From Octopus bimaculoides (taxonomy: Eukaryota): a stretch of 52,942 bases of DNA. Shown here in pieces: positions 13,011 to 24,930 of this stretch. Position 1 is the first letter of the stretch, and each line of letters starts with the position of its first letter. The stretch lies in NCBI RefSeq assembly GCF_001194135.2, contig NC_068990.1, positions 28,590,023-28,642,964 of the forward strand. The letters run 5' to 3'. A model generated the notes under the pieces. The model searched no databases and was not told where the DNA came from. It saw only the letters and a list, made by a program, of their open reading frames with translations. The translations under genes were made by a program, and so were the position numbers.

Positions 13011-14810
13011 TCTTTATTTTTTAAAAAAACCGCATGATTATGAAGGAGAGAGATTTGACTGCTATATCCAGCAAGAGATTCTACCACGCACGTATTTTCT
13101 GCTGATTGGTTCTTTTGATACGGCAAAAGTAGCGCGAACCAAGTCTTAGGATTCGTTTCTCTCGATTATGTCAGCGAGGTATTTTAACTATTTATCTTTC
13201 TTTTTCTTATTTCTCGTTCATGAAATATGTAATCCTAATATGCCGAAATTGAATTGAATATAATTTTTTATTTTCTTGCGCAAATTTACGATTGAAGAAG
13301 TCAAAAGAAATCTATGATTTGAAAAAAAAAACGTTTTTTTTTTTAATAATTCAACATCTATCTTCGTTACGAATCTAGACGAAAAAGAAACCAATATTTC
13401 TAGAAGAAATCAATAGCATTAAAATAGTGTAATAAGAGCCGTACAATAAGATGCGAAGATATGTAGATGCTTAGAAGAACATTTTAAAATATATATTTAT
13501 TTTATTTCTATTCAATGGAATTTCAATTTTTTTTCAATGCCCATGGTACACCGTCAAGTCTGATGACACCTCATACTTTCGTCGTCATCTGAACGTACGA
13601 ACAGAAAGAATCTTGTATTTCTTTTCTACTTTTGTTCAAGGAAATCTATAGAATTTTAATATATGACCGTGTATGTGGAATTAACCGATAACATTGCTAA
13701 AAATGTAACAGACAAAGCAATAACAAAGGCCCCAATATTTGATGGTTCTGAAGTGTTACATGTGTTCTCACAATGTATTGGTGTTCCTATTTTTTATGTT
13801 TCCTCACCCTTCTCTCACTCTCTCTCTCTCTCTCTCTCTGCCTCTCTCGTTTTCTCTCTCTGTCTATCTGTCATCTGTCTTTCGCTCTTTCAGTCTTTCT
13901 TTTCCTGTCTCATTTGTCAAACGCACTGAAAGAACAGCACACACGCAAACACACAAACACATACATACGCACGCACACATATATNNNNNNNNNNNNNNNN
14001 NNNNNNNNNNNNNNNNNNNNNNNNNNNNNNNNNNNNNNNNNNNNNNNNNNNNNNNNNNNNNNNNNTATATATATATATATATATATATATGTTGTCTTAT
14101 TATCTGTCCTATATTAGCAATTTTTAATCACGTCTAATTACCGACAATCTCAGCTCTATTAAATTAATGATATTAAAAAATAATGAAGGAAAAATTGTGA
14201 AGCTGATAATTAAACGAAAAGTATTAAGCGAGTAAAAGCTTTCGTTAACTCACTTAGCATCAACTTTCACTGGTTAATTTTTGATTAAGATTAAATGCTG
14301 GCGTCTCATTGTGTCATTAGATAGACGACTAGACTAGTGCTAAGAGAATCATTTTTGATTATAATTATTTTCGTTTTATTATTTAAATAAAACTGCCGAA
14401 CTACTATCGAACTATCTCTGATTCCTGGACAGAAATATCTCTGATGTAATGTCTATAGATTTTTATTGAGATTCCGTGTTTCCTTAATACCGTTTACTCA
14501 TTGTCGTTAAATATATTGTTACACATATCTCCAGACTTGATACTCAGACATGCTGCTCAGTTTTGTTACTGTGCATATTACTCATCATTGATGCGTATCA
14601 ATGGGGTAAATATCAGCAAATCTCTTACATCACATTGGCTGGTCTGAGGTGATGACTGGTTGAATTGATGAATGAAAATATGTTTTCTTGAGCTACGGGA
14701 ATAAAGTAACTGAACGACACCCGCAAACATTTAACAGAAGTTTTTATTACTGCACATAGAGTCAAACAGTGTTGGTTCTTTAGCAAATTATAATAGCAAT
14801 AATCACATAG

Positions 14811-15023
14811 CACGAAAGAGACGCTGCTTGGAGCTTACGGCAAGCTTAATGATACAGCAACATGTGGCTTTCCCAGCATAACAAGAAGTACCAGTGCTGT
14901 ATTCATGGCAACGGAGATTCCCGCTGTCTACCTGCCATCTGTCTTAACCGTCTCCGTGGGTCGTCTGAATTTGGCAAGAATGGAGGCACTTGGCGTAGCT
15001 GCCTCAAGATTTTGCAATTACCA
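14811..15023 (+). CDS. Candidate exon of putative LLTP gene: TKETLLGAYGKLNDTATCGFPSITRSTSAVFMATEIPAVYLPSVLTVSVGRLNLARMEALGVAASRFCNY
   Basis: GC-richer 213-nt stop-free frame bounded by AG (14809-10) and GTAAAA (15024), with stops just outside both ends; phase 2-2; EIPAVYLP...LNLAR...GVAASRF loosely recalls the LLTP xxVxxxY...NIKRGLASLF segment. Acceptor lacks a good pyrimidine tract. Confidence 0.45.
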
Positions 15024-15984
15024 GTAAAAGTGTACTTTTTATAGGGCACAAGATTGGTTGCTTAATGGATCCGTCATATGAATCAATGGTGATTCAGTCG
15101 TGATATTTCACCTAGCGATGAAGTTTCGAATCAGATAGCGTCAGAGATGATTAGATATAAAATATAGTTTAAGTTTGAGGGACCAGGTTTAAAATTCATC
15201 GAGGGATCTCCAATATGATCGATCTAACCTACAAGAAACAGTGGGAAAAAACGTTTTGAAATATTGATTCAAAAAATGCAGATAGTGTGATGCAAATTTT
15301 GACACTGAAAAGTAAGGCACTAAGTGAAGTTATCTGTTGTCGGGTTTTTGATTGGTCAAGATGTGTTTTGTACTCTGTAACCACCAGTATGTAACTAAAA
15401 ATAATGATTCGATATTATGTGAAATCATGCTTCAACATTCAGAGAAACGGTACCAATATTCATTGATTTACGTCCATCTATATTGGATATATATTTCCCT
15501 GATTATACAGTATCCTTCAACAGATACTTTTCTCCACTGGTATGCAAAAAAATGTGCAGCCATTTTGTTTCACTGAAACACTTAAAAATACTAGACCTTT
15601 CCCTGTCGTATTCCTACTGATGAGTTTATGCTTAACATATCTAATTACTTTTCTAAACCAAACGGATAATATATAACGGTATGTATTATATCTACAGAGA
15701 AAAATAGCAGGTTGGATTATAGATCCGCGGGATTAAAACTAAGCCTAAGCTAAACCACAATAAAAACAAGAATTGTAATAGAAGCCAAATTTTTTTTATA
15801 TATTACACTGTATTGTCTTAAATTAATTCTCAATTGTCTCAATTTAATTCTAAGTATCTTATAGTCAAAAATAGCATTGGACTTTTCGAATTTCCAGGCC
15901 GCAAAGCTGTCGTGATGTGTCTGCTTCATTTCATCTTCTAGATCTTTTCCACGTATAACTACAGATGTTGGAGACATAAACAAC

Positions 15985-16110
15985 TCGGTTCTATATTTAA
16001 GAGGTGACGAATTATTTACATTATTTACATTTGACGGATATTTGTCCTCATTTTGTTTGTTGTTAACACGACATTTCGGCTGATATACCCTCCAGCCTCT
16101 TCATCGAGCT
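15985..16110 (-). mobile_element. PLE-type terminal repeat fragment with degenerate hammerhead motif
   Basis: Minus strand: ctCGATGA-aga-ggctg gagggtatat cagcc-GAAA-tgtcg; stem II pairs, but the core is mutated. Confidence 0.5.
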
Positions 16111-16150
16111 TATTACGTAGTGGTTAAGGAATCCACCCCTTCATACCCAT

Positions 16151-16730
16151 CCTCGGAAATTTCCAGAAAGCAATTCCTCCCCTTCCTTGGAACTTTCCAG
16201 GAAGTAATTCCTCCTCTTCCTTGGAACTTTCCATGAAGCAATTCCGCTCATCCTCGGAACTTCCCAGGAAGTAATTCGTTCCCTTGCTAGGGAACATTCC
16301 AGGAAGTAATTTCTCCCCTTCCTGGAGCGCCTTGGAACTTTCCACGAAATAACTCCTCCCCTTCCTCGGAACTTCCGAGGAACTACTTCCTCCCCTCCTC
16401 GGAACTTTCCAGGAAGTAATTCCTTCCCTTTCTAGGGACTTTCTATGAAGCAATTCCTCCTCCTTGGAACTTTCCAGGAGTAATTCATCCATTCCTCGGA
16501 TTTTCCAGAAATGAATTCTTCCCCTTCCTCCCTCTCCTCGGAATTTTCCAGGAAGTAATTCCTCCCGACCTCGGAAATTTCCAGAAGGTACTTTCTCCCC
16601 CTCCTCAGAACTTTGCAGGAAATAATTCCTCTCCTTCCTCTGAACTTTCCAGGAAGTAATTATTCCCCTTCCTCTCCATCCACGGAACTTTCCAGGATCC
16701 CAAATTCCTTTCTAGCATCCCAAATTCCTC
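16151..16730. repeat. Minisatellite, ~33-35-bp unit (consensus about cctcGGAACTTTCCAGGAAGTAATTCCTCCCCTT), ~16 diverged copies
   Basis: Directly visible head-to-tail units with no unique spacers. Confidence 0.92.
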
Positions 16731-17247
16731 TCTTCCTCTCTCTCGTTTTCTCACTCGTAACTGTAGAGTTCCACCTTCCTTCCACGTTCGCTCTGCCACT
16801 CTCTTTCTCCCTCATTCCTCTCTTCCCTCTATCTACAGCCCACATGTGACCTGTGACTAATTTCCCCTCCTCTCTGTCGTTCGCCACCAGACGCTTAGCT
16901 TACTCGTCAGCATCTAACTCCTCTGTTGTCCGTATTTATTCCATCTTCGCCAATCGTGTCAAATTGTCTTTGTTTGCCTTCCTACCTCTACTCTCTATCG
17001 TTTTGTTCGCTCGAGGCCAAATTCTTCGCACATTTTGCGAGTGCCGCCTATGTGCGAAGGTCTCAGTCTTATTGTGAAAAGCGTGAAACTGTGAATTAGC
17101 ATACCGCTCGAGAACTGATGAAGAGTTAGTGTCCTGCTGTGTCTGTCCTATGTTACGATTTTTTTGTATTTGATGCATTTTTCATCAATTGAGTAAAGGA
17201 AAGCCACGCACACCGACTTTTATTAACAGTAAGTTTATATATATATA

Positions 17248-17295
<48 letters not shown>

Positions 17296-17313
17296 GTGTG
17301 TGTGTGTGTTTGG

Positions 17314-17344
<31 letters not shown>

Positions 17345-17922
17345 TATGTACGTACGCATGCATGTATGGATATTCATAATGTAAGTTCTCTGTTGTGCAA
17401 ACCTTACATTTATGATAATTTATAATCTGCAACTAATCATTTTCTTTGAGATACTGAAACCAGCATTAGCTTATGGATATTGCAACAATTTTCTAGGAGA
17501 GCCATTCTACATTATTAATTCATTTTATGTTTATAAATTTTAGTTTACAAAGTTTCTGCTACATATTAATATCTTAGCAAAAAGAAAGATACACGATACA
17601 AGATACACGTACACCTATACTCAAATACATACATACGCACACACAAACATAGATAGATATATGCATACATATATACATTCATGCATACATGTTTGTATGT
17701 GTATGTATACATTTATGTACACATATATCTTCGCTCATGTATGCAATCATACAAATATATACATATTCATTTATATACACATATATGCACATGTAATAAT
17801 ACAATATGTACATATATGTATTTGTATATATATATGTATGTATATACATATATATACATTTGTGTGTGTATGAGTATAAGGTAGGGAGAGAAAGTGACAG
17901 TCATACAGTTTTAAATATAAAG

Positions 17923-17971
<49 letters not shown>

Positions 17972-18929
17972 TACATACGTGTGTGTATTTGTGTGTGTAT
18001 GTATGTATATATGTATGTATGTAAGAATGTATATATATGTGTGTGAGTATGTATGTATGTATGTATGTATGTATGTATGTATACGCTTATACAGACACAG
18101 ATATTAGTAAATTTTAGTTTGCCAAGTTCTGATAAATAACATGTTAGCAAAATGAAAGACGTACACCCACATGCGCACACCTAACTTGCGAGCGCATTCG
18201 CAGACATATTGTAGCATAAACACATTCACATCTAAAGACGTACGTACAAACAAACACACGTATATACTGTAGTATAGAATTTAGCTTTGCTAACACTGTC
18301 AAAACTGGGCGACATATCTACTTGGTTTGCACGGTTCTACTGTAAAATTTAAGGAAATGACCAATAATCGGTAATAATCTGAGTTAGAAGCACGAACAAA
18401 AATGAAGATAAATGATATTTTTCTTATACTGTTATCACAAACATGAATCTTTCAACGTAAACTTTATCAATGTACGTGTGTGGTGGGAAGGGTGCTGGAG
18501 GTTGTAAGAAATGTCTGATTGAACGAAAGCATTGCTTTGGCTATGGGATGCTGGGCTGGTTTAGATGGTTTTGAGGTTGTAAGATCTGAGATACAACAGA
18601 TCATAAGTGACTTTTCGATATAGAAATATAGCTAAATAGCTGATACTCTTGGAAATTATATGGTGTGTTTTTTCTGGTATCTAGTCTATTGTCGGTTTCG
18701 TTTCGTGTCACTTGTTCTACCCAGCTTAATGGATTTAATTATTCATCCGTGAAGACACGTGAAAACACGTGAAAACACAGATTTTCTCATTGAAAATAAT
18801 AGGTTTGTTATTTCAGTCGTTTATACGCCATGACAAACTGAGAATAAAGCTCCGACTTTGTGAGTCATACGGTTCATTACAGATTTAAGTTTAAGTCGAA
18901 TGCAACACAATATATGAAGGCTTCATAAG

Positions 18930-19050
18930 GTAATGAGCTGGCTGAATCGTTAGGATGCTTGGCCAAATATTTAGCGGTATTTCGTCCGTCTTTAGGTTTT
19001 GAGTTCAAATTCCATCGACGTTGACTTTAACTTTCTACCTTCGGAATAGT
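18930..19050 (+). mobile_element. Family B SINE 5' part
   Basis: gagctggctgaatcgttagg...ttagcggtatttcgtcc...tgagttcaaattcc. Confidence 0.8.
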
Positions 19051-19267
19051 TACGCTTAGCACATAGCTATAATAATTCCCAGCTACTCTTGTTCTGGAAA
19101 AGTGAATTACCTATCATCAGCTACCAAGGGACACGTTCAATAATTATTAACTCATTGAGTCAAAATTTTACGCCCGGTTGACATGGGGTATAAGTAACTG
19201 AAATTACAACACTATGCCCTAAACTGAACATTGGTCCTTCGTAGGATGAACTTCTCTGTTCTTGCTG

Positions 19268-19396
19268 GAACTCATTCACAGACAAGTGGATTGCTACAAC
19301 GTGAAGTGTTTTACTCAAGAGCACAACGCATCACCTGCATTGGGGATCGAAACTACTTTACGATTGTGCGTGCATCACATTAATCATGAGGACACA
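19268..19396 (-). mobile_element. Degenerate tRNA-derived SINE, third family
   Basis: Minus strand has a B-box-like gtttcgatccc followed by gcgttgtgctcttgagtaaaacacttcacgttg, a common SINE post-tRNA segment. Confidence 0.6.
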
Positions 19397-19507
19397 CGTT
19401 TTCTGATGCACAGTTATGTCAATTTGAGTTTTATTTCAGATTCGGGGTTCACTCAAAAACATTGTATCCACATACAATTATTTGTATTGCTTAGCTGTGT
19501 CTCGTAG

Positions 19508-19571
19508 ATGAGTACTACTTGGCAACAAACCTGGTTATCCTTGATTGTTTTAGGTGTCTCTGTCGTGTCAA
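19508..19571 (+). CDS. Weak candidate small exon (MSTTWQQTWLSLIVLGVSVVS)
   Basis: Acceptor tgtgtctcgtag; VLGVS matches MTP NQVLGVSSK, and the phase-1 end joins 19745 to give VLGVSVVSKFKYYIL. Donor GTAGAC is weak. Confidence 0.25.
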
Positions 19572-19744
19572 GTAGACTTAAATATTCCAGGCTACGTCTG
19601 CTCCTATAACCGGTGATGACTGGGTCAATGAATCCTCTGCAAAGGTCGACAATCGACGGCTTATGAGCTGTTGCTGATCACACTATCCCAAAGTATATAC
19701 ATGTGGCCGGCAATCACTTAACTTGTATCTGCATTGACACTCAG

Positions 19745-19890
19745 AGTTTAAATACTACATCTTAACAGCGAACGAGGATACGGTTACGGTGTCCGTGAAA
19801 ATGGACCGTCGAACAAGGGTCAGCATTGGGGACGGACGAAGTGCACTCGTTCGTCGGAAGCGGCTCAACCTCCTCTCACTGAATGCCGCC
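19745..19890 (+). CDS. Candidate exon, end of LLTP beta-barrel: FKYYILTANEDTVTVSVKMDRRTRVSIGDGRSALVRRKRLNLLSLNAA
   Basis: Acceptor cttaac...gacactcag (alternative at 19767-68), donor GCC|GTATGA; GC-rich; by-eye match to MTP YKIEDSFVIAV...GKIVSKQKLELKTTEA. Confidence 0.5.
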
Positions 19891-20709
19891 GTATGAACAC
19901 GTGCAAGTATAAGCACTCTTAGTCGTCCTCGTAGCGGTCAATCAATGGAATATCCCGTTGTGACTGGACAGAGAGAGGGATGCATCGATTTCGCGTCAGA
20001 TTCCACTGAATCACACTTTTGGATGGTGCTGTGTTTTATAACCTCGGAAACGAATAAAGCATGTTGAGTGAAATATTGTAACAGAGATTCTTTGGAAATT
20101 CATCGGAGGAAGTTTTCCTTGTCTTCCATCAAGATTTAAATAAACAACTAATTTAACATCACCAGCTGGTCCTTGAGTACATTTAGGAACTATGTTCTGT
20201 TATTTAAGAAAACTACTCTGGCCCTTGAGTAACTTTTGTATGGTGAACTATGTCAATGGTATAGGTCCAAATCGGAAGGTAGCGGTTTCGAATCTTTCCC
20301 TAGCTGGGAGACCATGGAACGGATACTGGATAAAGAATTTTTTCCTTCAGGTAGCAAACAATAACAAGCAAAAACATTACAAATATATATATATAAAAAT
20401 ACTGAATTAATCATTCATGCATCTCTCGAAAACAGATCTTGAAGAATTTAGAAACTTGTCGTTGCGAAATATTTTCAACAAAAATTCAAAACAATATTGT
20501 TCACGCTTGATGGTGTTCATAAAGAGTACTCACAGCTACTTATTAATCAACAAAATCAACAAGCGACTCAAAATATGTTCCTTGCTTCCCGCCACCACTC
20601 CCTCTTTAAAAGTGGCAAACACTTCTGAAGAACAGAGATGTTCTCTCAATTAACAGATTACAACAAATTGATGTTGCATAGCATTTTGCTTTCCATTTCT
20701 CACGTCATT

Positions 20710-20728
20710 TCTTCTTCTTCTTTTTCTT

Positions 20729-20803
<75 letters not shown>

Positions 20804-20980
20804 TTTCCTCTTTTTCTTCTTTCTCTCTTTCTTCTTCTTATTCCTCTTCTACTTCTTCCTCTTCTTATTATCTTTCTTTCTCTTTTTCTTCTTCTCTTTC
20901 TTCTTTTTCTTCTTCTCTTTCTCCTTCTTCTTCTTCTTCTTCTCCTTCTTCTTCTTCTCCTTCTTCTTCTTCTTCTTCTT

Positions 20981-21061
<81 letters not shown>

Positions 21062-21250
21062 TTACTACCACCATTATCATCACAACCACCACCACTCGAC
21101 CATCACCAACACCTTCATTATCATCTTCCTCATCATCATCATCATCCTATTCCTATTCCTCATCTTTTACTTCATCATCATCATTATTATCATCATAATT
21201 ATTAGCATCATAATCACCACCACCACCACCACCACCACCACCACCATCAT
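20710..21250. repeat. Compound trinucleotide low-complexity tract (TTC)n/(TAT)n/(CAT)n/(CAC)n
   Basis: Directly visible; explains the poly-Ser/Tyr ORF. Confidence 0.97.
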
Positions 21251-21589
21251 CACTATCATCATCATTGTTACCCTCTTCATCACCTCATTTTTCATCTTCT
21301 TCCGATTCCTCCTCTTCTTCTTCTTTCTTCACCTTGCTCTCTCTTTCTCTTCCTCTCCACTCTCATCTCCCTACCTCCACCCCCCTCCATCTCGACTATT
21401 TTTATGTCTTTTCCACTTAGATAAACAATTTAATCAATACATTTCAAATTGTCAGTAAAAATTGCTTTACACTCCTTCGCAAACAGAAACAATTAAAATA
21501 ATGTCTCTTACTTTGCATAACGCCAACCTAAGCACATGGAAAATGGCTATACACTTCGCACTCAATGTAATCAACGCGTGTGTGTAGGT

Positions 21590-21800
21590 GTGAGAGAGAG
21601 TGTGTACGTGAGAGAGAGAGAGAGAGTATATACGTGAGAGAGAGAGTATGTACGTGAGAGAGAGAGTGTGTGTACGTGAGAGAGAGAGTGTGTACGTGAG
21701 AGAGAGAGTGTGTATGTGAGAGAGAGAGTGTGTGTGTACGTGAGAGAGAGAGTGTGTACGTGAGAGAGAGTGTGTGTACGTGAGAGAGAGAGAGTGTGCG
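21590..21800. repeat. Compound minisatellite (tg)n-TACGTG-(ag)n, ~20-26-bp unit
   Basis: Eight TACGTG-containing units visible. Confidence 0.9.
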
Positions 21801-21940
21801 TGTATGTGTGTGTGTGGAGTGAGAGAGAGACACAGAGAGAGTGTGTATGTGTGCGTGTGTGTGTGTGAGTGTGTGTTTGTGTGCGTCTGTATGTGTGAGT
21901 GTGTGTGTGTGCGTGTGTGTGTGTGAGTGTGTGTGCGTGC

Positions 21941-21972
<32 letters not shown>

Positions 21973-21999
21973 CTATTTGCATTATCATTATATGTGTGC

Positions 22000-22165
22000 G
22001 TGTTGCCGCTCTGAGTTCTGAGTTCAAATTCCGCCGAGGTCGATTTTGCCTTTCATTCTTTCGGGGTCGATTAAATAAATACCAGTAACGCACTGGGCTC
22101 GATGTAACCGACTTAATACCCTCCCTCAAATTTCAAGCCTTGTACTTCTAGTAGAAAGGATTATA
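22000..22165 (+). mobile_element. Family B SINE, 5' truncated
   Basis: gttctgagttcaaattccgccgaggtcgattttgcctttcattctttcggggtcga...aagccttgtacttctagtagaa. Confidence 0.88.
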
Positions 22166-22243
22166 TGTGAGCGTGTATGTAATGCGCATGCATCTATGTG
22201 TTTTTATGTGTGTGCGTTTGTGTTTGTATGTGTATGTGTGTGC

Positions 22244-22307
<64 letters not shown>

Positions 22308-22334
22308 CGGGGGTAGTACTAAGAATATCGATTT

Positions 22335-22625
22335 TGTATCTGTCTTTTATCTTTTACCATTTTACTTGTTTCAATCACTAGATTGCGGCCGTACGGGAGC
22401 ACCACATTGAATACTTTTTAGTCCAACGAAGCGACCCACTGATTATTTTGTTTTTAAGCCTGCTACTTATTCTCACGGTATCTTTTTCGTAACTGCTAGA
22501 TTACGGGAACGTCAACAAACCCGCACCGGTTATCAAGCGGTTTTGGGGACAGACACAAACCACACACACATATATATATATATATATGACGGGCTTCTTT
22601 TAGTTTCCGGGTACGAAATTCACTC
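22335..22625 (-). mobile_element. Family A SINE
   Basis: ttttacttgtttcaatcactagattgcggccgt...gacgggcttcttttagtttccg. Confidence 0.85.
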
Positions 22626-23014
22626 GAATAGTTTCAAAACAAGGTTTCTTTATCAAATGTTTTATTTGAAAGATTGTAAATTCGAGTGTGATTTTCACTA
22701 TTCATAGCCATTGTGCTAAATGCCACATGACACATCTGCTGGTCTAAACTACTGCGGTAACCAATCCGCGTGATTGTCACATGCTCTTAAAACAGCGACG
22801 TAATAGAAAACAGAACAAAAATTCCGTTACCACACCGTGTGACCATCCTGAACCAATCAATCTGTAAATTAACAGATAGTATTCTGATCCACATTCTTTC
22901 TATGAAATGAACGAATTTTAAAAACAGGATCAGAAACGATAAAGTTTGTGACGCAAATCTACGGCCTTCACAATTTACACTGCCATCATGCAAAAATAAA
23001 ACCGTGAAATATAT

Positions 23015-23195
23015 TAAAACTGATTTCAAATTTTGGCACAAAGCCAGCAATTTCTTGGGAGAGGTAAGTCGATTATATCGGTCCTGATGCTCAACTGGTA
23101 CTCACTTTATCAAATTTAAATTAATGAAAGATAAAAAGGACCTCGATGGAATTTGAAGTCAGACGGCAAAAACGGACAAAATGCCACTAAGCATT
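23015..23195 (-). mobile_element. Family B SINE
   Basis: tttcaaattttggcacaaagccagcaattt...gaatttgaagtcagacggcaaaaacggacaaaatgccactaagca. Confidence 0.85.
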
Positions 23196-23614
23196 CATAT
23201 AAATATAGATAAAGAACCACACTGTGCATTTCAAAACTTCATTTATTACTTCTTTTCTACTGCTTGTTTGGATTAGTAACTATATATATACACACACACG
23301 CACATACACATATGCTCACTCGCAGGCTCCCGTACACACACAAATATACCTACATACATGTACAGGATCACAGATCATGCACACATCCCCACAAATATAG
23401 TACAAAAATAGTTAGTTGTAATAAACTCTTTCTCATGTGAAATCCTATTTTCGTCTCTATCCAATATGTATCACTTCCTTTTCGGTACGGTGTATATCTA
23501 CGGCCATATTTTCATATCATTGTAGTTACTGACCAGAAACCAGCAGCCTTTGTGGAACACTTCTACAACTGAGAACTATGTATATATAAATACGCAATTA
23601 TATTCATAGTAAAA

Positions 23615-23666
<52 letters not shown>

Positions 23667-23889
23667 GCACACATATATATGTATGTATATATACATATAT
23701 ATATATATGCATTTATGTGTGTAAACATATACGTGTATATATGTAAATATATGTGGTTGTTATGTGTGTATCGACAAATGTGTGCGTGTAATATACACAC
23801 CCATAAACATACACATGTGTATAACACATTTAACAACAGAAAGCTGTAAAAAGACCGAAACAACGAGAGCGAATGAATTGTATTCGAGT

Positions 23890-24457
23890 TACAGGTATAT
23901 CGGTAAAAGAATCAAAGATCGAAAGAAGTAGAAAGATATGCCTCTCTAGGTAGGACACATAGATACATCACAAAGAAATAAACGCTGAATTAAAAAGCTC
24001 TTGTTATCGACATGTAAAAGCAGTATTAGAAACATAACATACTTCTCTCAGCGAAAAAAAAAAGATGTATTCAGCTGGCCATCCTGATTCTGTATGCATT
24101 TAGCCTCATTGATCGAGCCAAACTGGGAGGAAGATCATGAAAAGACTGAATTTATATGGAATGCGCCAACTTAAAATGTATTTTCATCGTTTTTAAATTA
24201 CATGAATCGGTAAAATTGAGAATAATATCTTAGGCATTTAGAGGTCAACTTCGGAGTGAAAAGGGTAAGTCTTAGCAACTATCCAGAAGAGCAAGACGAA
24301 CGTCCAGTGCGTGTGGTCAAATAGGATTAAAGTGAGAGGAATCCTGTAACAGCTAAAGAAGAGGCGGCAAATTCACTGAAGATAGGAATATTCCTGTTAC
24401 AGCAATGGTTTCCGTCTCTGTAAACCAACAGTTCAATGCTTGTCGAACATATACAAC

Positions 24458-24493
<36 letters not shown>

Positions 24494-24684
24494 TTTGCCA
24501 CAAGGGCAGCCATCGACCCGAGTGGTTCACTGGTACTTAATTTATCAACAGAGAAACGATGAAAGGTAAAGTCGATCTCGGCGGAATTTGAACTCAAAAC
24601 GTTAACGACAGACGAAACGCTGCTAAACATTTTTCCCGTCGTGCTAACGATTCTGCCAGCTCGCCACCGCAATAATAATAATAA

Positions 24685-24727
<43 letters not shown>

Positions 24728-24930
24728 CATTGGAAGAAGAAGAAGAAGAAGAAGAAGAAGAAGAAGAAGAAGAAGAAGAAGAAGAAGAAGAAGAAGAAGA
24801 AGATGGTTACAATACCAGTGATTGTAGGAGCACTTCGATTGATTAAAAATGGAACTGAAAATTATTTGAGGATAATCCCTAGCTTACCATTCCTGTAAGA
24901 AGGGCAAAAGATTGTCTTAACTTGTACTTG
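23890..24930 (+). mobile_element. Decayed R4/Dong-type LINE fragments (post-RT at 23890-24330; C-terminus at 24800-24930) split by a SINE and microsatellites
   Basis: IHHKEINAELKSSCYRHVKAVLET, LAILILYAFSLID, MKRLNLYGM, then VTIPVIVGALRLIKNGTENYLRIIPSLPFL*EGQKIVLTCT, the typical RLE-LINE C-terminus. Confidence 0.72.
24490..24670 (-). mobile_element. Family B SINE flanked by (AAT)n
   Basis: Reverse complement of the 30999 copy, ending ...gattctgccagctcgccaccgc. Confidence 0.9.

Noticed and set aside
16124-16887. CRISPR-like array, or E/K/G-rich minus ORFs, in the 34-bp repeat
   Set aside because: Units are contiguous with no unique spacers, no cas genes, eukaryotic context; the ORFs are repeat translations.
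19508-19610. MSTTWQQTWLSLIVLGVSVVSS read as a signal peptide of a separate small protein
   Set aside because: Frame stops after 33 codons; kept only as a weak internal-exon candidate.
19919-19963. Minus-strand terminal exon SQRDIPLIDRYEDD* after a good acceptor
   Set aside because: No supporting upstream minus-strand exons; the plus-strand model explains the GC-rich island better.
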